Assembly (NCBI GenBank): GCA_001871435.1
Contig: MNVC01000012.1
Location: forward strand, 1 to 62,651
Direction of reading: 5' to 3'
From: Candidatus Magasanikbacteria bacterium CG1_02_32_51
Lineage (GTDB): Bacteria > Patescibacteriota > Patescibacteriia > Magasanikbacterales > UBA922
DNA length: 62,651 bases
The translations under genes and the position numbers were made by a program. Under the pieces are notes generated by a model. The model searched no databases. It worked only from the letters and a program-made list of their open reading frames with translations, and was not told where the DNA came from. This document shows positions 34,373-44,237 of the stretch, piece after piece; position 1 is the stretch's first letter; the number at the start of each line of letters is the position of its first letter.

Positions 34373-36163
34373 TTATCTCTTTAGAACTGCCAAATAAGCC
34401 TCAGTCGGAATAGTCACTTTTCCTTTATTCATACTCATCATTTTCTTTTTTCCTTTTTTCTGGCGATCAAGTAATTTATTTTTTCGTGTTACATCACCTC
34501 CATACAATTTTGCGGTTACATCTTTTCTGAGGGCTGAAATGCGTTCGCTCGCAATAATTTTTCCTCCAATGGTAGCTTGAATTTTGATTACAAATTGTTC
34601 ACGATCAAGTGTATCTTTTAATATCTCAACAATTTTTTTACCTGCTCGATATGCGTCATCTTGCCAGACTAGGGTCGCAAGCTCTTCTACTACTTCGTCT
34701 GCAATCATAATGTCAAGTTTTATCACATCTGTTTTTTTGTATTCTTTGTATTCATAATTCAAGGATGCATAACCACTAGAAACACTTTTCAGTTTATCAT
34801 AAAAATCAGTAATAAGCGAGGCAAGTGGTGTTTCATAATGGAGTATTGCCCGTTGTCCAGCTCCGGTACTCAAATATTCAGTATTTTTGTAAATACCTTT
34901 GCGTTCGGCTATGAGTCCCATAATGTTTCCAATAAATTCTTGAGGAGTAATAATGTCAACAGTCATCCAAGGTTCTTCTATGTGTTCAATTTTCTGTACT
35001 TCAGGTAAATCTTGTGGACTTTTGATCGTGAGATTTTCTCCATTGGTTTTGAAAACATTATAGGCAACACTGGGGATGGTCGCGATAATGGAAAGTCCAA
35101 ATTCACGCTTTAATCTTTCCTGAAAAATTTCAAGGTGAAGCATACCAAGGAATCCACAACGGAATCCAAAACCAAGTGCTTGTGAGTGTTCTGGTTCATA
35201 ATAGAGTGCTGAGTCACTTAGTTTTAATTTATCTACTGCATCACGAAGATTATTATATTCATCTCCTTCGCGTGGAAAAATGCCGGCAAAGACCATGGGT
35301 TTTACTTCTTTATATCCGGGCAATTGTTCGGTCGCGCCATTTTTGGTCAGGGTAATTGTATCACCCACACGCACTTCACCAAGCACTTTCACTCCACTCG
35401 TCACATAGCCAATTTGTCCATTTTCTAGTATTCCGTCAGAGCTCATTTGTGGAGCAAAGTGACCAATATCAAGTACTTCACCTTTGGCACCTGTTCCCAT
35501 GAATGTCACTAAGTCACCTTTTTTTAGTGCGCCATCTTTCATCCTAATTGCAGCAACAATTCCACAATAATCATTATAGAGAGAATCAAAGATTAATGCA
35601 CGTGGAGGTTTGTCAGAAGTTTCAGCCGGTGGTGGAACTTTTTTAATAACTTCATCTAACAATTCTGGAACACCTTGTCCTGTTTTTCCTGAGCAGGTAA
35701 GAATATCTTCTCGTTTACATCCCAGAAGATGAATAATTTCTGCTGAGACTTTGTCTGGATCAGCATTTGGTAAATCAATTTTGTTCATGACAGGAATAAT
35801 TGTGAGATCTTGATCAATTGCAAGATAAAGATTGGCAATGGTTTGTGCTTGGACACCCTGACTTGCATCAACAAGAAGAATGGCGCCTTCAACAGCAGCA
35901 AGTGAGCGGGATACTTCATAGGTAAAATCCACGTGACCGGGAGTATCAATTAAATTCAGAGTATAGCCTTTGTATTTCATACGCACGGGTTGGAGTTTGA
36001 TCGTGATGCCACGTTCTTGTTCAAGTTCCATTTGGTCAAGCAATTGGGCATGCATGTGACGTTTGTCAACAGTATTGGTAATTTCAAGAAATCGATCCGC
36101 GAGGGTCGATTTGCCATGATCAATATGGGCGATGATACAGAAGTTGCGAGTGTTGTTTAACAT
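34373..36163 (-). CDS. lepA: Translation elongation factor 4 (LepA)
   Basis: NFCIIAHIDHGKSTL, DTPGHVDF, NKIDL, and the LepA C-terminal domain. Confidence 0.96.
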   Translation of the reverse strand: MLNNTRNFCIIAHIDHGKSTLADRFLEITNTVDKRHMHAQLLDQMELEQERGITIKLQPVRMKYKGYTLNLIDTPGHVDFTYEVSRSLAAVEGAILLVDASQGVQAQTIANLYLAIDQDLTIIPVMNKIDLPNADPDKVSAEIIHLLGCKREDILTCSGKTGQGVPELLDEVIKKVPPPAETSDKPPRALIFDSLYNDYCGIVAAIRMKDGALKKGDLVTFMGTGAKGEVLDIGHFAPQMSSDGILENGQIGYVTSGVKVLGEVRVGDTITLTKNGATEQLPGYKEVKPMVFAGIFPREGDEYNNLRDAVDKLKLSDSALYYEPEHSQALGFGFRCGFLGMLHLEIFQERLKREFGLSIIATIPSVAYNVFKTNGENLTIKSPQDLPEVQKIEHIEEPWMTVDIITPQEFIGNIMGLIAERKGIYKNTEYLSTGAGQRAILHYETPLASLITDFYDKLKSVSSGYASLNYEYKEYKKTDVIKLDIMIADEVVEELATLVWQDDAYRAGKKIVEILKDTLDREQFVIKIQATIGGKIIASERISALRKDVTAKLYGGDVTRKNKLLDRQKKGKKKMMSMNKGKVTIPTEAYLAVLKR

Positions 36164-36281
36164 AATTTGTATAATAGTTACTATGCTATTTTAGCAGTTT
36201 TTTTCTACTTTAGCAATCCTTGACAAAGTCTCTATTGCACTGTGCCAGAGGGAATAAAAACAAAAAAAGAGAGGGAAAAAA

Positions 36282-36887
36282 GTGTCAGACAACTATCGTG
36301 AGCAGGCTTTGGCTTTGTTCAAGGAAGGAGATATAGTAACCTTCAATGTTTTGTGCGAAGAACTTGAAGATCAATTACTAAATCTCAGCAAAGGAAAGAT
36401 CACTGTTGAGACCTTCCAGTCCTTCTTCAAGAATCCCAACAAGTTTTTCGAGGAGAATGGTTTTCCAGTCTCGATCAACTATACAATGTTGCTCGAGGAT
36501 ATGATCAAGGTCGGTTGCTATGACTGGTGGGATGAGCACATCACATCCAGGAATTTCCAGTTCATCGGCGAGGGTGTTGTGAATATGAGGCTCCATCTTG
36601 TATGCTTCATGCTCGCGGCCACGACCAAGAGGATCAAGAATCATCTCGATTCTCTCGGTCTCAAGCCAGCGAAGCTCGAGCATCTTCTTGCATTCGGGTC
36701 AAAATACCCGATTAGCCAACGGAACTTCCCAATTATTGCTTTTGGCTCTAGTTGGGTTGACCACGACGGTATTCAGACCTTTCCCTGCCTCGACGAGAAT
36801 AAAGTCAAACGTCGTCTTGTTTTGGGTTACGACTGGCCTGACCGTGAATGGGGTAGCTTCTGTCGGTTCCTCGCGTTCAGCAAGTAG
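36282..36887 (+). CDS. Hypothetical 201-aa protein, GC-rich cassette 3
   Basis: GTG start with GAGGG 6 nt upstream and TTGACA at 36220-36225. G/C-rich codons; long shadow ORFs on both strands. No motif recognised. Confidence 0.5.
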   Translation: MSDNYREQALALFKEGDIVTFNVLCEELEDQLLNLSKGKITVETFQSFFKNPNKFFEENGFPVSINYTMLLEDMIKVGCYDWWDEHITSRNFQFIGEGVVNMRLHLVCFMLAATTKRIKNHLDSLGLKPAKLEHLLAFGSKYPISQRNFPIIAFGSSWVDHDGIQTFPCLDENKVKRRLVLGYDWPDREWGSFCRFLAFSK

Positions 36888-36922
36888 CGCTTGGATCCAT
36901 CAGAGTGATATTACTGACATTA

Positions 36923-36983
36923 GGCCGACACGCACTATGCGTAGTCGGCCAAAACTTAAAAAACACGAACTAATCGTGTTTTT
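36923..36983. terminator. Two hairpins after cassette 3; the second is a bidirectional terminator shared with murJ
   Basis: GGCCGACACGCA cta TGCGTAGTCGGCC, then AACACGA acta aTCGTGTT followed by TTTT. Confidence 0.6.
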
Positions 36984-37000
36984 TAATTTGAAAATATTTT

Positions 37001-38608
37001 TTAAATATTATTATTTATACCTGTATCCACATTGCGCAATTTGAGCCAACGTTTCTTGAAACTTTCATGAAAAAGATGCATTTCTCTTAATTTCAATTGA
37101 TGACAAATAAAGCCATAAATCAGGAGACCTATAGTAGCAGAGATAGATACTTGAAGCAAGACGCCCCAGAATCTATCCATATCCACAATTGAAGATAACA
37201 AAACTTTGAAAGTTTGTATAAAGATAGCCATAATAATAGCCGCTATACTTATTTTTAAGACGGAAATAAATATTTTTTTCTCTTGCAATGTACCAAGTTT
37301 GTTTCTAAGTAACAACCAGAGAAGTCCAAATTGAAAAATCATAGTTATTGAATAAGCAAATATCAAACCCAAAATACCATAATTGGTTGACAGATAGACT
37401 GCTAAAATAATGTTGATAATTGTCGAAATAATACTTATTATGAGTGGGGTCATAGTATCTTGTAAGGCATAAAAAGAACGAGATAATATTGGAATAAGAC
37501 TCTGAGCAAAAAGTGAAATAGCAAAAATACCAAGTGCGTTGAAAGTAAGTCTAGTAGCATCCCAGTCAAATTCTCCAGTACCCAAAATAACACGGACAAT
37601 TTGTGCACGAAGCATTATTAAAATAATTGTTAGAGGAATAATGAGGAAAAATATTTGTTTGATTGTTTCTGAAATGTGTTTGATCATTTTTTTATTTTCT
37701 TTATTGGTTGCCATTTGAGATAGGGCTGGGAAAATAGCAATCGCGAAAGAAATTCCAATAATACTAGTTGGTACCGATTGGATGTTGTCTGCAAAATTGA
37801 AAATAGATAAACTGCCAGATGATAGGGTAGAAGCAATAATAGTGATAGCCAAAAAATTTATTTGCAAAGTGGCCATACCTAGAGTCCTAGGTAACATTAG
37901 TTTGAAAATTTTACGAACGTTTTTGTTTTTCCAGTCAAAGATGGCTTGATATTTGAATCCATGTTGGATAAATGCTGGAATTTGGATTAGTAAGTGAAAT
38001 AAAGCTCCTAGTACCACGCCCATTGCTAGACCTTGGTTTCCAAAAATTGGAACCAAAAATAAAGCACCAATGATGATGCCAAGGTTGTACATGATAGGAG
38101 ATAGAGAATATATAAGAAAAGCCTTGAAAGATTGGAGAACACCACTGACAATACTACTAATGCCAAGTAATATGGGACTGACAAACATTATTCTGCTTAA
38201 CATTACTGTCAACTGAAATTTGTCACCAGAAAAACCAGGTACAAGAAGTTTCAAGAATTGTGGTGTAAAAAAAATCAAAATAGTACAACTAACAATTAGA
38301 AGTATTCCTAAAATATTTATCATGGTATTGGTGACTTTCCAAGCTTCTTTTTTGTCTTTGTTTAGTAGTTCTAAAAAAATAGGTATAAATCCTGCAGATA
38401 GGGCACCAACAATTAACAAATTAAAGACAAGATCTGGAATTTTGAAAGCAGCATAATAAGCATCCATAACATCGCCAGCTCCGAAATAGTGTGCAAAAAT
38501 ACGATCACGAGCTAGAGCAATTATTTTACTTACAAAAGACGCAGTACCAATGACAATAGTTGCACCTGTAATAGTATATGATTTTTTACTAAGAATTTTT
38601 TCAATCAT
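37001..38608 (-). CDS. murJ: Lipid II flippase MurJ (MviN)
   Basis: 14-TM MOP-superfamily profile. N-terminal SRI.G..RD...A..FGAG...DAYY.AF..P pattern. Confidence 0.85.
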   Translation of the reverse strand: MIEKILSKKSYTITGATIVIGTASFVSKIIALARDRIFAHYFGAGDVMDAYYAAFKIPDLVFNLLIVGALSAGFIPIFLELLNKDKKEAWKVTNTMINILGILLIVSCTILIFFTPQFLKLLVPGFSGDKFQLTVMLSRIMFVSPILLGISSIVSGVLQSFKAFLIYSLSPIMYNLGIIIGALFLVPIFGNQGLAMGVVLGALFHLLIQIPAFIQHGFKYQAIFDWKNKNVRKIFKLMLPRTLGMATLQINFLAITIIASTLSSGSLSIFNFADNIQSVPTSIIGISFAIAIFPALSQMATNKENKKMIKHISETIKQIFFLIIPLTIILIMLRAQIVRVILGTGEFDWDATRLTFNALGIFAISLFAQSLIPILSRSFYALQDTMTPLIISIISTIINIILAVYLSTNYGILGLIFAYSITMIFQFGLLWLLLRNKLGTLQEKKIFISVLKISIAAIIMAIFIQTFKVLLSSIVDMDRFWGVLLQVSISATIGLLIYGFICHQLKLREMHLFHESFKKRWLKLRNVDTGINNNI

Positions 38609-38614
38609 GTATTT

Positions 38615-39535
38615 TTATAGTACTTTTCTTTTTTTCATCACAAATATTAATAACAATATAAAACCGGCAATAGCTCCAAAAAGTCCCCAGACAAATGCTG
38701 GATTATGGGCAAAAGGCAAACTTTCAATATTCATACCATAAATACCAGACAATAATGTAAGAGGTAACAAAGAAACTGAGATTATAGTAAGAGAATTGAT
38801 TACTTTGTTGGTTTTTTGATTGATAAGGGATTCTACTGTTATATGAAGGCCGTCCAAAGTTTCTTTGTAAGTATCGACTATGACCCAAAGTTTGTCTAAA
38901 TAATCTTTGATATTATCAAAGTAGATACTCAAAGACTCATCCAAAAATGGTTTTCTTGTATTGGATAAAGAAGCTACTAAAAATCTTTGTGGATCCAAAA
39001 TTCTTTTTAGGTTCAAAACATTTCTTCGATAAATTGCTAGTTCACGTATAATATCACCATCAGGTTTGTCATCAAAAATTTCATTTTCAACATTGGAAAT
39101 TTGTTTACCAAGAGCATCAATCATTATTCTACATTGACTAAATAATTCTTCTAGTATTTTATAAAGTAGATATCCAGGACTTTTGTTTATCCATTCATTT
39201 CTGGTTTTACGATTGTTCATTGATTTATAAAAAAAATCTTTGATATCTTTATTTTTGCCATGTTGGATAGTTACAAGATAGTCTGGTCCAACGAAAATAT
39301 CTATTTCATGTGATATAACTCTTTTGCTTTCGACTTTCCATTGAGGAAAATGAACAACCAAAAAAATATAATCTTTGTAAGTATCTAGTTTTGGGTTTTG
39401 ACTCTCACTTTTGATATCTTCAATGTCAAGCTGATGAAATTTGAAATTTTTTTTCAAAAAATCAATAGATTCTTCATTAACACTACTAATATTTGTCCAA
39501 ATGAGGCAGGCTTGTTTGATTTGTTTTACAGACAT
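38615..39535 (-). CDS. corA: Magnesium/cobalt transporter CorA
   Basis: YGMN motif (GIYGMNIESLPF) before the last TM; two C-terminal TMs. Confidence 0.88.
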   Translation of the reverse strand: MSVKQIKQACLIWTNISSVNEESIDFLKKNFKFHQLDIEDIKSESQNPKLDTYKDYIFLVVHFPQWKVESKRVISHEIDIFVGPDYLVTIQHGKNKDIKDFFYKSMNNRKTRNEWINKSPGYLLYKILEELFSQCRIMIDALGKQISNVENEIFDDKPDGDIIRELAIYRRNVLNLKRILDPQRFLVASLSNTRKPFLDESLSIYFDNIKDYLDKLWVIVDTYKETLDGLHITVESLINQKTNKVINSLTIISVSLLPLTLLSGIYGMNIESLPFAHNPAFVWGLFGAIAGFILLLIFVMKKRKVL

Positions 39536-39565
39536 ATGAATAGTTTAAAAGTTTGTAAAGTCATA

Positions 39566-40243
39566 CTAATCACTTGGTACATTGACAGTCACTGACATAT
39601 AGTCAGTATATTTGGTATCTTGGTTATCCACAGTATAAAGTACTCCAGTTATATTTTCAGCATTTTCTGAAAAAGTGAATTCTTTAATATCTTTGTTGTC
39701 ACTTTCTTGCCCTATTTCAAAACCTTTCTTTTTTAGTTCTGTTTTGTAGTACTCAAGTAAGAAATCTTGGGTAGCATCTAATTCTATCCATTCTATTTTA
39801 TAAATATCTCTTTCATCAGACAAAGGTTTTTGCATAAAGGAAATTAGTTTATCAATATTGGTCATTTTTTCATTTTCTGGTTTTGTCCTAGGAATATATT
39901 TATTATTTTTATCAAAGTAAATTATAAAAGGGGATAAAACTAATTTTGGTAAGAAGGCGGTTCTTTCTATTTTTGTACTTTTTTCTTTACCAGAAGTATG
40001 ACTAATTTTTTCAATATTGTTTACATCGTAAATAGGAATTTTGTTAGTAAAATTTTCTGGTAAATCTTTTAGTTCTTTACTGGTTGGACCAAAAGAAAAC
40101 TTCAATAATAGTATAGAAATAATAAAAAGTATAGTAAAACAACCACAACCAGTAGCACAGCTAGATTTTAGGCAGGATCTTTGTTTGTTTAGCTCTTCTA
40201 TTGGTGGTTCTTTTATTTTGATTTTGTCGATTTCTTGACGCAT
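39566..40243 (-). CDS. Hypothetical membrane-anchored protein
   Basis: Cys-rich segment plus TM (SCATGCGCFTILFIISILLL), then a soluble domain. No family recognised. Confidence 0.45.
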   Translation of the reverse strand: MRQEIDKIKIKEPPIEELNKQRSCLKSSCATGCGCFTILFIISILLLKFSFGPTSKELKDLPENFTNKIPIYDVNNIEKISHTSGKEKSTKIERTAFLPKLVLSPFIIYFDKNNKYIPRTKPENEKMTNIDKLISFMQKPLSDERDIYKIEWIELDATQDFLLEYYKTELKKKGFEIGQESDNKDIKEFTFSENAENITGVLYTVDNQDTKYTDYMSVTVNVPSD

Positions 40244-40269
40244 ATTATAATGAAGATTATAGCAAATAT

Positions 40270-40392
40270 TTAGTCAAAAGTCCATAACGTCAAAAGTTCT
40301 TAAAGTTAAAAGTCTATAAAGTCGTAATCGTAAAAATATTACATTTTTATATAATGACTTTATACTTTATGGACTTTATAGACTTTCGACTA
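40270..40392. repeat. Family F element, large inverted copy
   Basis: TAGTCAAAAGTCCATAA...AAAAGTCTATAAAGTC ... GACTTTATACTTTATGGACTTTATAGACTTTCGACTA. Confidence 0.6.
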
Positions 40393-40464
40393 ATACACTA
40401 ATTTTCGTAGTTCTAAGTATTATGTTATAATAAAAGAACTAATTTTTTAAAAAATATATAACTT

Positions 40465-41820
40465 ATGAAGATACACTTTAGTGGAGCAGATGGTGAAGTT
40501 ACAGGTTCTTGTCATCTTTTGGATACTGGCAAAATGAAAATTCTTATTGATTGTGGAATGTTTCAAGGTGGAGATTTCAATGAAGGACTTAATCATGATG
40601 TCTTTCCTTTTGATCCAAAGGAAATTGATGTACTCTTGGTAACTCATGCTCATTTGGATCATATTGGACGTATTCCAAAACTTGTCAAAGATGGTTTTGG
40701 TGGCAAAATTTATGCTATCAAAGGTACAAAAGACTTGATGCCACTTATTTGGTATGATGCCTACAATATTATGGCTTATGATAATCGTAAATTTGGTTAT
40801 CCTGTGTTATTTGACGAAGTAGATGTGGCTGAAGCTCAAGCTCTTTGTCATGGACTAAATTATCATGAGGAATTGGATCTTGGTAATGGTGTCAAAGCTA
40901 TTTGGAAAGATGCTGGCCATATTTTTGGTTCAGCTTTTATTGAAATTACTGTAGGTGACAAGAAATTTGTTTTTTCCGGAGATATTGGTAATGAAAATGT
41001 TCCAATTTTGAAAAATACTGAAAGTATTAGTCCAGATGTGGACTATGTTATTTGTGAATCTACTTATGGTAATCGTATCCATGAAGGTACTGATGTTAGA
41101 AAGAATATTATATCTAATTTAATAATAAATAGTGTCAAAAGAGGAGGTACAATTATGGTGCCAGCTTTTTCTCTTGAACGTACACAAGAATTTCTTTATG
41201 AATTGAACGAAATCAGTGAATATGATCATAATTTGCCAAATGTGCCTATTTTTCTTGATAGTCCTTTAGCAATTGATGCTACCAAAGTTTACAAAAAATA
41301 TCCAGAATATTATGATGAAGAAGCCCAAAAGTTGCATCTAGATGGTGATGATTTTCTCAATTTTCCTCAGCTTCAAGTGACTTATGGTAAAAGAGATTCA
41401 CAAAAAATAAATCATACTCCAGGTCCAAAAATGGTGATTGCTGGTGCTGGTATGATGAATGGTGGTAGAATATTGCATCATGCTCTAAGATATTTGTCTG
41501 ATCCCAATTCTACTCTTATTATTGTTGGTTACCAGGCTTATGGTACTTTGGGTCGAAAAATTTATGAAGGTCAAAAACATGTCAAAGTAATGGGAGAAGA
41601 TGTTGAGGTTAGGTGTACTATCAAAGCTATTGGTGCTTTGTCTGCTCATGGTGATCAAATTAAATTATTAAAATGGTTGGGTACTGACAAAAAAAGATTA
41701 AAAAAAGTATTTTGTGTACATGGTGAAGATGACGCTCTGACAGTTTTTGCTGGTAAAATAAAAAGCGATTTGAAAATAGAGGCTTATATACCAAAGTATG
41801 GTGAAGTGGTGGAAGTATAA
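40465..41820 (+). CDS. MBL-fold beta-CASP family ribonuclease (RNase J/CPSF-like)
   Basis: HAHLDHIG motif 2, beta-CASP motifs, C-terminal SAHGD and VHGE. Confidence 0.8.
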   Translation: MKIHFSGADGEVTGSCHLLDTGKMKILIDCGMFQGGDFNEGLNHDVFPFDPKEIDVLLVTHAHLDHIGRIPKLVKDGFGGKIYAIKGTKDLMPLIWYDAYNIMAYDNRKFGYPVLFDEVDVAEAQALCHGLNYHEELDLGNGVKAIWKDAGHIFGSAFIEITVGDKKFVFSGDIGNENVPILKNTESISPDVDYVICESTYGNRIHEGTDVRKNIISNLIINSVKRGGTIMVPAFSLERTQEFLYELNEISEYDHNLPNVPIFLDSPLAIDATKVYKKYPEYYDEEAQKLHLDGDDFLNFPQLQVTYGKRDSQKINHTPGPKMVIAGAGMMNGGRILHHALRYLSDPNSTLIIVGYQAYGTLGRKIYEGQKHVKVMGEDVEVRCTIKAIGALSAHGDQIKLLKWLGTDKKRLKKVFCVHGEDDALTVFAGKIKSDLKIEAYIPKYGEVVEV

Positions 41821-41830
41821 TTTTTTTGAA

Positions 41831-44236
41831 ATGGATAAACATAAATTCAAATTAAAATCCAAATATAAACCAGCAGGATCTCAGCCTGAAGCTATAAAAG
41901 GTTTAGTTTTTGGTTTACAAAAAGATTATAAGAATCAAACCTTACTTGGTGTGACTGGCTCAGGTAAGACTTTTACAGTAGCTAATGTAATTGAAAAAGT
42001 TCAAATGCCAACATTAGTGATTGCTCACAATAAGACTCTTGCAGCTCAACTTTGCAATGAGTTTCGGGAATTCTTCCCAGATAATGCTGTGGAATATTTT
42101 GTGTCATATTATGATTACTATCAGCCTGAAGCATATATGCCAGGCAGTGATACTTATATTGAAAAAGAAGCCCAGATAAATGAAGAAATAGATAGGCTCC
42201 GTCATGCTTGTACACAAGCTTTGATTACTCGTAGTGACGTGATTGTAGTAGCTTCTGTTTCGGCAATTTACAATCTTGGTAATCCATTAGATTATGAAAA
42301 AACAGTTTTACATCTTGAAGTCGGACAAAATTTGGATAGACGAGGGATGCTTGAAAAACTTGTTTCTATGCAATTTGATAGAAATAATACAGAGTTGAAG
42401 AGAGGACAATTCCGGATGCGTGGGCAAGTCTTTGAAATAATGCCAGTCAATGAAGAATTGATTTATCGTTTTGAAATTAGTGATAAAATTGATTTGATAG
42501 AAATAGTAGATCCTATTACAAGAAATATTTTGAGTAGTTCAACAAGAGGTTCTTCGACTTCCACTTCGCTTCGCTCAGGGTCGCTCAGGACAAACGTTCT
42601 TTCAGACGTTTGGTTTTTCCCAGCTAAGCATTATGTAATAAATGAAAATGAACAGTTGCAAGCTTTTTCAACTATTGAAAATGAACTAAAAGATAGGTTA
42701 GAATTTTTTAAAAAACATAGTAAGGCTCTAGAATATGAAAGATTGAAAAGAAAAGTAAAATATGATTTGGAAATGATCAAAGAAGTTGGTTATTGTAGTG
42801 GTATAGAAAATTATTCTCGCCATTTTGATGGACGTAAAGAAGGTGAACCGGCTTTTACTTTGATTGATTATTTCAAATATGCTGCCGGGACCTCACCAGC
42901 TTCGTCTGGGTCGGAGTCGACCTCTCCTAATAGGAGAGGTGCTGACGTTGTCAAAAACAAGGGATTTCTTACCATCATAGATGAGTCACACGTTACTTTG
43001 CCACAAATTCGTGGTATGTATTTTGGAGATAAGGCTCGTAAAGAAAATTTGATAGAACATGGCTTTAGATTACCAAGTGCTTTGGATAATCGTCCACTTA
43101 TTTTTGATGAATTTATTAATAGAACCCAAAAAACTATTTTTGTGTCTGCTACTCCCGCAGAATATGAAATTAAAAATAGTGGTCAAGTCGTGGAACAAAT
43201 TGTTCGTCCAACTGGACTAATTGATCCAGAAATTATTATTTGTTCAGTGACTGGTGGCAAAGTTCTCCCCCTAGTAGGGGGAGTTACCCTCCCAAGGCGG
43301 GTCCGCCTAGGGTGGAGAGGGGGTCTGCAAGCAAATGAAAACGTTGTAACTCAAGATGGACCCCTCCCAACCTCCCCTAATAGGGGAGGAGTTTCTAGGT
43401 CACAAGTTGAGGATGTCATGGAGCGTATCCAAGTTAGAGTGAAGCAAGGTGAGCGTACTTTGGTTACAACACTAACAAAACGCATGGCAGAAGATTTGAG
43501 TGACTATCTAAAAGAACAAAAAATAAAAGTTGAATATCTGCATAGTGATATCAAGACAATTGAAAGAATTGAAATTATAACCAAACTTCGCAAAGGTGAA
43601 ATAGATGTAATTGTTGGTGTCAATTTGCTTCGTGAAGGTCTGGACATTCCAGAAGTATCTCTCGTGGCAATTCTTGATGCTGACAAAGAGGGTTTTTTAC
43701 GTAATGAGACAAGTCTAGTCCAGACTATTGGTCGGGCCGCACGTAATGTCAATGGTCAAGTAGTAATGTATGCTGATGAAATGACGAAGTCTATTGATAG
43801 GGCTGTTTTTGAGACCCAGAGACGTCGTGAGATTCAGTTGGCTTATAATAAAAAACATAATATTACTCCAAAAACTATTGAAAAAAATATCCGTAATATT
43901 TTGGAAGAATTTGGTCTCACTAGTACAAGTATCAAAAATACCAAAACAAAAAGTAACAGACGTGATAGGAGTATTTTGAATCTAGATATTATGGGAGATG
44001 CTAGACCTCTCAAAGAAATAATTAAAGAAAAAGAATTCAAGATGCGTGAAGCTGCAACAAAATTGGAATTTGAATTAGCTGCTTTATTGCGTGATGAAGT
44101 TAGAGAATTAAAAGCTAGAGAGAAGACGGGGGATAGTCGGAAGTCTGGGAAGTCCATTCCACCAAAGGTGGACTCGTCTACGCGAGAAAGTCGAAAGTCA
44201 CAAAAGCTAAAAAGTAAAATTGTTAAATATTTATAA
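41831..44236 (+). CDS. uvrB: Excinuclease ABC subunit B, with four GC-rich repeat-derived insertions
   Basis: GVTGSGKTFT, DESHVT.PQ, helicase motifs, UVR domain (AA..LEFE.AA.LRDE). About 130 aa longer than typical UvrB. Confidence 0.96.
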   Translation: MDKHKFKLKSKYKPAGSQPEAIKGLVFGLQKDYKNQTLLGVTGSGKTFTVANVIEKVQMPTLVIAHNKTLAAQLCNEFREFFPDNAVEYFVSYYDYYQPEAYMPGSDTYIEKEAQINEEIDRLRHACTQALITRSDVIVVASVSAIYNLGNPLDYEKTVLHLEVGQNLDRRGMLEKLVSMQFDRNNTELKRGQFRMRGQVFEIMPVNEELIYRFEISDKIDLIEIVDPITRNILSSSTRGSSTSTSLRSGSLRTNVLSDVWFFPAKHYVINENEQLQAFSTIENELKDRLEFFKKHSKALEYERLKRKVKYDLEMIKEVGYCSGIENYSRHFDGRKEGEPAFTLIDYFKYAAGTSPASSGSESTSPNRRGADVVKNKGFLTIIDESHVTLPQIRGMYFGDKARKENLIEHGFRLPSALDNRPLIFDEFINRTQKTIFVSATPAEYEIKNSGQVVEQIVRPTGLIDPEIIICSVTGGKVLPLVGGVTLPRRVRLGWRGGLQANENVVTQDGPLPTSPNRGGVSRSQVEDVMERIQVRVKQGERTLVTTLTKRMAEDLSDYLKEQKIKVEYLHSDIKTIERIEIITKLRKGEIDVIVGVNLLREGLDIPEVSLVAILDADKEGFLRNETSLVQTIGRAARNVNGQVVMYADEMTKSIDRAVFETQRRREIQLAYNKKHNITPKTIEKNIRNILEEFGLTSTSIKNTKTKSNRRDRSILNLDIMGDARPLKEIIKEKEFKMREAATKLEFELAALLRDEVRELKAREKTGDSRKSGKSIPPKVDSSTRESRKSQKLKSKIVKYL

Positions 44237-44237
44237 A

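Noticed and set aside
36378-37044. ORFs 36378-36683 (minus) and 36598-37044 (plus) in cassette 3
   Set aside because: These are shadow frames of the GC-rich ORF 36282-36887. They have Arg/Ser-rich low-complexity translations and no start context.
42533-43400. Inteins or introns as the explanation for the uvrB insertions and the leuS insertion
   Set aside because: The inserts are 13-50 codons, far too short for inteins, and lack the terminal Cys/Ser...His-Asn blocks. They show no group I or II intron features and share sequence with the intergenic palindromic repeats. The leuS insert is a recognisable Nudix enzyme domain.
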